A DNA stretch of 34,563 nt from Patescibacteria group bacterium. GTDB taxonomy: Bacteria; Patescibacteriota; Microgenomatia; UBA8517. Made by a program: the position numbers and the translations under genes. The stretch spans positions 1 through 34,563 of the forward strand of contig JAHKAL010000050.1 in the NCBI GenBank assembly GCA_018826545.1, given 5' to 3'. This document shows, piece after piece, positions 24,876 through 31,905 of the stretch. Below the pieces are notes generated by a model. That model worked only from the letters and a program-made list of their open reading frames with translations, was not told where the DNA came from and did no database searches. Position 1 is the stretch's first letter. Each line of letters begins with the position of its first letter.

Positions 24876-25340
24876 TTAAGGATTTTCTACCTTATAGTTA
24901 CAAGTTTCACCACAATTTGAACTTCCTCCGCATGTTACGCTAGTTCCTGTAACATTCTCTAAAGAAGTACATATCTCATAAGTTATTCCATCTGAAAAAT
25001 ACCTATAAGTTCTTGTTGGATCCTGTGGATCTGTCGGAACATTATTAATATATTCATTATCGATTAAACAGGAATCAGTGCTATCATTCCCAATAAGGGT
25101 GGTAGTGCCAAGTAAATCTGAAGTAGGGTATTCTCCACAATCTGCTCTATATATTTCAATACCAGATCGAATCAATTCTAAATCAGATTTTCTTTTTGCA
25201 TCACGTCCAGATTTTTTAGAGTTCTGAAAAGAAAAAAGGGATAATCCCATAAGAATCCCGATTATAGAGACCACAACTAAAAGTTCAATTAAAGTAAAAC
25301 CTTTATTTTTATCCATAAATAATTTATTTTTCAACTTCAT
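24876..25340 (-). CDS. Type IV pilin paralogue (GspG/T2SSG-like fold)
   Basis: KGFTLIELLVVVSIIGILMG, then GRDAKRKSDLELIRSGIEIYRADCGEYP, and a Cys-rich C-terminus. An alternative start is ATG 25316 (MDKNKG leader). Confidence 0.8.
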   Translation of the reverse strand: MKLKNKLFMDKNKGFTLIELLVVVSIIGILMGLSLFSFQNSKKSGRDAKRKSDLELIRSGIEIYRADCGEYPTSDLLGTTTLIGNDSTDSCLIDNEYINNVPTDPQDPTRTYRYFSDGITYEICTSLENVTGTSVTCGGSSNCGETCNYKVENP

Positions 25341-25347
25341 AGTTTGT

Positions 25348-25791
25348 TTATATTGGACAATTTACACTTGTAGGTACACTTGTAACAGCACCCACCATTC
25401 CAGATGAACAGATAACCCAATATCCATCAGCTGACTCTGATTCAAACCATAAAAGATAATCAGTCGCATCATTTGCAGAACCCCCTGAACCATTGGAGAT
25501 ATAAGAATAGCTATAATTTGGCTCTTTCGGATCATCTGGACAAGTCCCAGAAATGTCAAAACTACTACACATTGAAGAAGGTGAAATAGTAGATGTTTTC
25601 GAAGGATAAAGACTATTGTGTTGATTAGCAAAATTTTCCAAAGCAGTTTGATATTGTTTTAAGTCAGATTTCCTTTGAGTGTCTCTTGCTTGTTTTTGTG
25701 AAGGGCCAAAAGAAACCAAAGCCAAAGCAGCAAGTACTCCAATTATAGAAATCACTACTAATAATTCAATTAAAGTAAAACCTTTTTTCAT
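25348..25791 (-). CDS. Type IV pilin paralogue
   Basis: MKKGFTLIELLVVISIIGVLAALA, then ARDTQRKSDLKQYQTALENF. ATG 25791 forms an ATGA overlap with the upstream pilin stop, so it is preferred over the track's start at 25827. Confidence 0.8.
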   Translation of the reverse strand: MKKGFTLIELLVVISIIGVLAALALVSFGPSQKQARDTQRKSDLKQYQTALENFANQHNSLYPSKTSTISPSSMCSSFDISGTCPDDPKEPNYSYSYISNGSGGSANDATDYLLWFESESADGYWVICSSGMVGAVTSVPTSVNCPI

Positions 25792-26255
25792 TGTATTATT
25801 TGATACATCCAACCTGTTGAACACCAAGAAACATCATCTGTAATAACTCCCTTATCATCACTTTTATTTTCCAAGCAAGATGAAAGTGTAAAAGATTCAT
25901 TATCTGTCTCAACTTGATATTTATAACTTTGACCATCTAGAGGATCATTGGGAAGAACAACCATATAAGTTGTTGATCCAGAAGTCCATTCCTCAGTCCA
26001 TTCACAGGCAGTTGTACCGCCAGTTCCACAACCTAAAATCTGCCCCGAAGAATTATTTCCTGGGAAACCCATCTTATCGTTATAGTAAAGCCTAAGACCA
26101 GTTCTTATGTTATAAAGGTCAGATTTTCTTTGAGCATCTCTTCCTCTTTCTCTTGCCGCATTTAAATTGGCAGATATTAAAGTAGTTATTATCCCAATTA
26201 TAGAAATAACAACCAAAAGTTCTATTAAAGTAAAACCTTTGTTTTTAAATTTCAT
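25788..26255 (-). CDS. Type IV pilin paralogue
   Basis: MKFKNKGFTLIELLVVISIIGIITTL, then RGRDAQRKSDLYNIRTGLRLYY. Confidence 0.8.
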   Translation of the reverse strand: MKFKNKGFTLIELLVVISIIGIITTLISANLNAARERGRDAQRKSDLYNIRTGLRLYYNDKMGFPGNNSSGQILGCGTGGTTACEWTEEWTSGSTTYMVVLPNDPLDGQSYKYQVETDNESFTLSSCLENKSDDKGVITDDVSWCSTGWMYQIIQ

Positions 26256-26288
26256 AACTCTACCTTTTAGTATACGAGAAATTATTCA

Positions 26289-26837
26289 TCAAATTTCATC
26301 AAATGAAGTATTCGAACTCGTAATTGAAAAATTGCAAGTTATATTATTTCCACATTGATAGGAAACTGGCGAATTTAAACAATCTCCTCCCAAGCAATCC
26401 TGATCTTGACTGTTTTCTAGTCTTGCAAAAAGTTGGAATTTTTTACTATTCCCACTAGGAAGTCTGTAATAATAATCATAACCAGTTACAGGATCATCTG
26501 GTACTTTTTTAAAATACATAGTTCTTTCTGTTGCTGTTCCTGGATACACATCAACAAATTTACTAACACCCCAATTACAAGCAATTCCGTCTCCACCTTT
26601 TTCGTAAGGACAAGCCATAATTTTCCCTTGTCCATCCGCTGGAGGATAAAAGCCATAGTCATTAAAAAAAAGTTCCAATGCATTGGCAATTTGTTTTAAA
26701 TCAGATTTTCTTTGAGCATCTCTTCCTCTTGCTTGAGCCGTTCTAAATGCAGTACCAATTAAAGTAACTAAAACTCCTAAAATTGCCATTACCACTAAAA
26801 GTTCAACTAATGTAAAACCTTTATTTATTTTTTTCAT
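26289..26837 (-). CDS. Type IV pilin paralogue
   Basis: MKKINKGFTLVELLVVMAILGVLVTL, then RGRDAQRKSDLKQIANALELFF, and a Cys-rich C-terminus. ATG 26837 lies 1 nt after the upstream stop and is preferred over 26873. Confidence 0.8.
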   Translation of the reverse strand: MKKINKGFTLVELLVVMAILGVLVTLIGTAFRTAQARGRDAQRKSDLKQIANALELFFNDYGFYPPADGQGKIMACPYEKGGDGIACNWGVSKFVDVYPGTATERTMYFKKVPDDPVTGYDYYYRLPSGNSKKFQLFARLENSQDQDCLGGDCLNSPVSYQCGNNITCNFSITSSNTSFDEI

Positions 26838-26838
26838 T

Positions 26839-27420
26839 TTATTTACCTTTTTCTTCCAATAATTGATTTTCATATTCCTGAATACTTATATCAACAGGAG
26901 TACTGCTAAAAGCTCTTCCGTAATTACAAATTTCATTTCCACACATAATTGCTCTTGCTTCAACTTTAGGATTATATTCCGCTTCATCTTTGCCTTCTAA
27001 GTGTGCCAGAAGTTGATACCTTTTTCCATTGGATAAATAAATAAAAGATACTCCGTCTAAATTTTTCGGGTCTATTGGAATAGGACTCATAAAGACAGGA
27101 TTGTCGAAATCGGAAAAATCAGACAAATCGTTTTTACCCCAATCACAAACCTTGATATTGACCCAAGTTTGTTTTTCTTCATCAAAATAAGTATCACTAC
27201 CTTTACATGCCAAAATCTTGCTGTCAGAAGAGCTTAAAGGAAACATACCAGTTGCATGATTATAATTTTCTAAAGCGGATTGAAGTGTTCCTAAATCATT
27301 TTTTCTTTGATTGTCTCTTGCCCTTCTTATACTTACTCTAAAATTAAAAAATGAAACGAAGGCAATTAAAAAAAGAATAATACCTACAATCCTAGTTTCC
27401 TCTTTACTAAAAAACTTCAT
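26839..27420 (-). CDS. Pilin-fold paralogue lacking the prepilin cleavage/methylation motif
   Basis: The globular part is homologous to its neighbours (RRARDNQRKNDLGTLQSALENY; YQLLAHLEG versus FQLFARLEN). The N-terminus is MKFFSKEETRIVGIILFLIAFVSFF, with no G-F-T-L-x-E. Confidence 0.6.
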   Translation of the reverse strand: MKFFSKEETRIVGIILFLIAFVSFFNFRVSIRRARDNQRKNDLGTLQSALENYNHATGMFPLSSSDSKILACKGSDTYFDEEKQTWVNIKVCDWGKNDLSDFSDFDNPVFMSPIPIDPKNLDGVSFIYLSNGKRYQLLAHLEGKDEAEYNPKVEARAIMCGNEICNYGRAFSSTPVDISIQEYENQLLEEKGK

Positions 27421-27480
27421 ATTTTTTAAAATTTTAGCCTCTTTATTTTATAATATTTTTTATTCTTTTTTTCTCTTTAG

Positions 27481-28146
27481 CTAAAGCTCCCAGTTTTTAC
27501 ACTCTCGTAATATATCTCCACACCAGCCATAACAAGTAGAATTTTCGAAATGTGGGTCACATTCAGGCCCAGGTCTTTCAGGATCCCAAAGTATTTTCTC
27601 ACAAACTCCATTAATGCAACCATAATAATTGACAGCTGGAGGTTCTGAAGGAACAGATGTTTCAGGTGGAACCCCCACAATTGGATCGGGTGCATTAGGA
27701 CTCGAAACAAAAAAATTGTATGCATAATATGGACCACAACCATAAGTACAACCAATTTTTTCTATATCTTTGTCTTTTGTATTTTCCAAATTAATGTAAA
27801 TCCTATACCAGGATGGGCATGTTCCCTCTACTTCAACAACATATGAAGCATCAGTTGTTGGATCACAAGGGATTTTACTTAAGTAAGGTTTTAAACCTGT
27901 ACCAGGTTTACAGATAACTAAATCAACAGTAGGGTAGCAATCATTATCCTTCTCATATTCCTCCATTGCAATTGTAATGCTATGAACATCTCCTTTTCTT
28001 TTAGCATCATTTCCTTTAAAAATTTGATTTCTTAAATAGAAAATCACTAAAGCAGCTAAAAAAACAATTATCGATACTACGATTAAAAGTTCAGTTAAAG
28101 TAAATCCTTTTTTATTTCTTTTATTTAAAAAAACGGCATTATCCAT
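27481..28146 (-). CDS. Type IV pilin with Pro-rich linker and Cys-rich C-terminal module
   Basis: KKGFTLTELLIVVSIIVFLAAL, then a pilin-like domain. The linker is SSPNAPDPIVGVPPETSVPSEPPAV (aa 148-172). A 49-aa tail carries 6 Cys, and the protein has 12 Cys in total. Confidence 0.75.
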   Translation of the reverse strand: MDNAVFLNKRNKKGFTLTELLIVVSIIVFLAALVIFYLRNQIFKGNDAKRKGDVHSITIAMEEYEKDNDCYPTVDLVICKPGTGLKPYLSKIPCDPTTDASYVVEVEGTCPSWYRIYINLENTKDKDIEKIGCTYGCGPYYAYNFFVSSPNAPDPIVGVPPETSVPSEPPAVNYYGCINGVCEKILWDPERPGPECDPHFENSTCYGWCGDILRECKNWEL

Positions 28147-28880
28147 TTAAGTAAAGTCTGTCCCCAAATAAGAGTAATTAAAAAAGATACTCCTAAAAAG
28201 GGCCCAAAGGCTATTTCTTTACCAAACTTAGCCTTCTTAACTAAAATTAGTATGACTCCTACAAAACTTCCCGTCAAGAAACTTAAAAATAACCAGAGAA
28301 TGTTAAAAGGAAAAAGTAAAAATGTCGCTGGAAAAAGAGTAAATTTTACATCACCAAGCCCCATTCCTTTACCTTTAGTTAAAAGATGCAATAAAAGCAT
28401 AAAGGAAGAAAGAGAAAATCCTCCCAATAGATGTTGAAAACTATTCGCATTATCAAAAAATATAATATAAAAAAAGCTAACTGTTAACCCTAAAAATATT
28501 AACTCATCAGGAATTATTCCTTCTTCTAAATCAATTATGACAACTGAAGCAATTAAAAGATAAAAAAATAAAAATAAAATTACCTTAAATAAATCAGCCT
28601 GATAATTAAAATAGATCAAAACGAAGGATATTGAACTTATAACTTCTATTAGGGGATAACGAAAAGATATCTTCTTTTTACAATGCCTACAATTTCCTTT
28701 TAAAAAAATAAAAGAGAGTAGGGGAATGTTATCAAACCAGTTTATTTGTTTTTTACACTTTGGACAAAAAGATCTACCTTTTACAAATGGAATTTTTTTA
28801 GGAAAACGGTAAGTGAATACTCCCAGAAATGACCCAAAAATTAAGCCTAAAAGAATAACAATAAAAAAGTTTAAAAACAT
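28125..28880 (-). CDS. pilD: Prepilin peptidase/N-methyltransferase PilD (peptidase A24)
   Basis: It has paired CxxC motifs (CPKC...CRHC), the motif GMGLGDVKF with the conserved Asp, and is polytopic. Its 3' end overlaps the next pilin start by 22 nt. Confidence 0.9.
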   Translation of the reverse strand: MFLNFFIVILLGLIFGSFLGVFTYRFPKKIPFVKGRSFCPKCKKQINWFDNIPLLSFIFLKGNCRHCKKKISFRYPLIEVISSISFVLIYFNYQADLFKVILFLFFYLLIASVVIIDLEEGIIPDELIFLGLTVSFFYIIFFDNANSFQHLLGGFSLSSFMLLLHLLTKGKGMGLGDVKFTLFPATFLLFPFNILWLFLSFLTGSFVGVILILVKKAKFGKEIAFGPFLGVSFLITLIWGQTLLKWIMPFF

Positions 28881-28903
28881 AAAATACTTTTCACTAAAAA
28901 GAA

Positions 28904-28947
28904 GCGCACTTAAAAAACAAATAACTGCAATTAAAACTTAAGCGCGC
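28904..28947 (-). terminator. GC-rich inverted repeat after the 203-aa pilin (possible partial terminator)
   Basis: On the minus strand GCGCGCTT (28947-28940) pairs with AAGTGCGC (28911-28904) for 8 bp including one G:U, followed by TTCTTTTT. The 28-nt loop makes it atypical. Confidence 0.3.
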
Positions 28948-28956
28948 GTCCTCCTT

Positions 28957-29568
28957 TTATTCTGGAATACAAACAAAACAAGAATCAGCAATACCAGAAC
29001 CAGTCCAAACAGCAGTATCTAAATCACAAACAGTCGTTTCTTCTTTAGTTCCGTCATCAGCCAATCTATATACTTTTCCATCGGTAATAGCATTTTTCTT
29101 GGTTGATTTTGCCGCCGGAATAAAGCATGCATATATAGAACCTGCTGCCGATGTGCTTTTACCTATATAAATATTCTTTGATGGATCTGTCGCACTGTAT
29201 TTTTTAATAAAATCACGATTCCTAAATTCAGTTTTAAGTTCCTCACTTGTAAGTAGAACTCCATCAACAGTACAGTCTGCTCCACAAATACCAACACCTT
29301 CATCTGATGCAGAAACAAAACCATAAGAAAATTCATTAGTATAAGTAACATCATCTACTGTTACCCAAGGAAACTCACTTCTTGCAGCAAAGTATCTATC
29401 AATTGCTGAAATAAGTTGACTTCCGTCTGCTTTAAATCTGGTATCTCTGGCTCTATTAGTCTGCTCAATAGGATTAATTGCAGCAATAACTATCATGGCA
29501 ATTGCCCCCAAAAGACCCATAACAATCAAGAGTTCAACTAAAGTAAAACCTCTTTTTAAATATTTCAT
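28957..29568 (-). CDS. Type IV pilin, candidate major pilin
   Basis: The leader MKYLKRG is followed by FTLVELLIVMGLLGAIAMIVIAAINPIEQ. It has the strongest SD in the locus (AAGGGGG), its own promoter-like elements, and lies between pilC and pilD. Confidence 0.75.
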   Translation of the reverse strand: MKYLKRGFTLVELLIVMGLLGAIAMIVIAAINPIEQTNRARDTRFKADGSQLISAIDRYFAARSEFPWVTVDDVTYTNEFSYGFVSASDEGVGICGADCTVDGVLLTSEELKTEFRNRDFIKKYSATDPSKNIYIGKSTSAAGSIYACFIPAAKSTKKNAITDGKVYRLADDGTKEETTVCDLDTAVWTGSGIADSCFVCIPE

Positions 29569-29603
29569 TTAATGTCTTTCACCCCCTTTCGCAATTATAT
29601 ATC

Positions 29604-29632
29604 AGTATTTAGCATTTAACTTATACTGTCAA
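29604..29632 (-). promoter_or_regulatory. Candidate promoter of the 203-aa pilin
   Basis: On the minus strand a perfect TTGACA (29632-29627) lies 5 nt after the pilC stop, then 17 nt spacer, then AATACT (29609-29604). A TATAAT (29599-29594) also lies just downstream. Confidence 0.45.
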
Positions 29633-29637
29633 GATTA

Positions 29638-30843
29638 TTAAAAACTACTTGTCAAATTATAGATTGGTAAAATTACTGCAATAACCAAAAAACCAACCCC
29701 CAAACCCAATATAATCATTATTACAGGCTCTATTGCGGCTGTTAATCCTTTTACTTCTTCATCACTTTCAATTTCAAAAACATGACTTATTTTTTTTAAT
29801 ACCTCTTCCATTTTTCCAGTTTCTTCACCAACAGCTACCATCTGACTTAATATATAAGGAAACGCATCGGGGTGCCTTGCAAAAGAGAAAGCAACAGGAA
29901 AACCCTTCTCAACCTGGATGGCAGCATCCTTTAGAGCTTCTGATATAACTACATTGCCTACAACTTCTGCAGTTATATTTAAAGCTTCTAAAATTGAAAC
30001 TCCAGCACCAGACATCAAACTTAGTGTTCTGGTTAAATCTGTTAAAATAATTTGTCTTTGCAAACTTCCAAAGATTGGAATTTTAAAAATAAGCTCATCA
30101 ATTTTTCTTCTCCCTTTTGGAGTTTTTCTATAAAGGGAAAATCCATAAAATCCAGATCCGACTAAAACTAATACCAATGGCCAAAATTTAAAAATAAAAT
30201 TCGAGGTTCCAATTAAAATCTTTGTTGGAAGAGGAAGTTCTGCATTAAAATCCTGATATAAACTCATTAAACGTGGCATAACAAAAATCATCATAATAAG
30301 TGAAACTGCAAACATTCCAACAACTATTATTACGGGGTAGATCAAAGCACCTTTTACTTTGCCTTTAAATTCTTGCTGTTTTTCTATATTGTCAGCCAAA
30401 CTTGCTAAAACTTCATCCAACACTCCGCCAACTTCACCAGATTTAATTAAAGCAATATAAGTAGAAGAAAATACCTTTTTATGTTTTTCCAGAGAAGAGG
30501 ATAGAGATTCTCCTCCCTCAATATCTGAAAGAATTGTTGCCACAACTTTTTGCATAGACCCTTTTAACTGGTTTCTTAAAATATGTAAAGCCTCGGTTAT
30601 TGGAAGACCAGCATTTATCATCGTTGAAAGTTGTCTGGTAAAGGAAGTTACGTCAGAAGAAGTTACTTTTTCTTTAAGCTTTTTAATTATTCCAAAGATG
30701 CTTTCTCTCACTGGTTTTATCGTTAAAACAATTAAACCTCTTTCCCTTACTAACTTTGCTGCATGTCTCTCATCTGTAGCTTCAACTTCACCTGTAACAA
30801 GTTCATTAGATTTGTCTTTTGCTTTGTAATTAAAAAGTTTCAT
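29638..30843 (-). CDS. pilC: Type IV pilus platform protein PilC (GspF family)
   Basis: It has the duplicated GspF motif (FTRQLSTMINAGLPITEAL and LTRTLSLMSGAGVSILEAL) and three TM segments. ATG 30843 overlaps the pilT stop (ATGA). Confidence 0.9.
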   Translation of the reverse strand: MKLFNYKAKDKSNELVTGEVEATDERHAAKLVRERGLIVLTIKPVRESIFGIIKKLKEKVTSSDVTSFTRQLSTMINAGLPITEALHILRNQLKGSMQKVVATILSDIEGGESLSSSLEKHKKVFSSTYIALIKSGEVGGVLDEVLASLADNIEKQQEFKGKVKGALIYPVIIVVGMFAVSLIMMIFVMPRLMSLYQDFNAELPLPTKILIGTSNFIFKFWPLVLVLVGSGFYGFSLYRKTPKGRRKIDELIFKIPIFGSLQRQIILTDLTRTLSLMSGAGVSILEALNITAEVVGNVVISEALKDAAIQVEKGFPVAFSFARHPDAFPYILSQMVAVGEETGKMEEVLKKISHVFEIESDEEVKGLTAAIEPVIMIILGLGVGFLVIAVILPIYNLTSSF

Positions 30844-31898
30844 AAGGTTCTTACAAGCCTTGTCAGTTCTTGAGGTCTTAAACTCCAACTTTGAGCAGTC
30901 TCAAGAGTAATTTTTCCAGTTCTAACTAAAGCAGCTAATGATTTTTCCAATGTAACCATTCCAGCTTCTTGAGAAGTTTGCAGAATACTTTCAATCTGAT
31001 GTGATTTCCCTTCTCTTATCGCAGTTTTTATTGCAGTTGTCCCTAGCATCAATTCATACGCAACAGTTCTTCCTTTTGGTTCAGCTTTAATTAGTCTTTG
31101 AGAAAAAACTGCTTCAATTACATTCGAAAGCTGAAGTCTAATTTGACTCTGTTGTTCTTCTGGAAAAACATCAACAACTCTATCAATAGTTTGTGCAGCT
31201 GAATTAGTATGAAGAGTTCCAAAAACCAAATGCCCAGTCTCTGCAACTGTCATTGCAGAAGATATGGTTTCCAAATCCCTCAATTCACCAATAAAAACAA
31301 TATCTGGATCTTCCCTTAAAACTGACTTTAAAGCTACCTGCCATGAGTGAGTGTCGGCCCTCATTTCTCTTTGAGATATTATTGATTTAATTGGTTTAAA
31401 TATATATTCGATAGGGTCTTCAATAGTTACTATATGAGTATTTCTAGTTTTGTTAATTTCATTTATAACAGCAGAAATTGTAGTTGATTTTCCGTGTCCA
31501 GTTGGACCTGTTACAAGAATCAATCCTTGTCTTAGGTTAACAAAACTATTAAGAATAGGAGGAAGTGATAATTTGCTGATTTCTGGAATTTCCAAAGGAA
31601 TTCTTCTAAAAGAGGCCGCAATAGATCCTTTTTGGGTATATGCATTTACACGAAATCTTGCTTTATCAGAAAAGGGGATTGCAAAATCAATTTCCTTATT
31701 AACAGTTAGTCTTTCCAATTGTTCGCTACTTAATATTTCTTTTATTAGATTTAGAGTTAATTCAGAAGTTAAAATTCCTGAGTTAGGAATAGACATCAAC
31801 TCTCCATCAATTCTTAAAGTTGGGGAAATCCCAGAGATTATATGTAAATCACTTGCATTAGAATCTATGGTCTGTTGTAATAATTCTTTTATATTCAT
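30840..31898 (-). CDS. pilT: Type IV pilus retraction ATPase PilT
   Basis: Motifs are ASDLHI, Walker A GPTGHGKST, TIEDPIEY and GHLVFGTLHTNSA. At about 350 aa it lacks an N-terminal extension. ATG 31898 is preferred over the track's TTG at 31919. Confidence 0.9.
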   Translation of the reverse strand: MNIKELLQQTIDSNASDLHIISGISPTLRIDGELMSIPNSGILTSELTLNLIKEILSSEQLERLTVNKEIDFAIPFSDKARFRVNAYTQKGSIAASFRRIPLEIPEISKLSLPPILNSFVNLRQGLILVTGPTGHGKSTTISAVINEINKTRNTHIVTIEDPIEYIFKPIKSIISQREMRADTHSWQVALKSVLREDPDIVFIGELRDLETISSAMTVAETGHLVFGTLHTNSAAQTIDRVVDVFPEEQQSQIRLQLSNVIEAVFSQRLIKAEPKGRTVAYELMLGTTAIKTAIREGKSHQIESILQTSQEAGMVTLEKSLAALVRTGKITLETAQSWSLRPQELTRLVRTL

Positions 31899-31905
31899 AT
31901 TTTTT

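Noticed and set aside
24876-28146. Diversity-generating retroelement targeting the variable C-termini of the pilins
   Set aside because: No reverse transcriptase gene is present. I could not see a template/variable repeat pair with adenine-specific mismatches anywhere in the window. The divergence looks like ordinary paralogue divergence.
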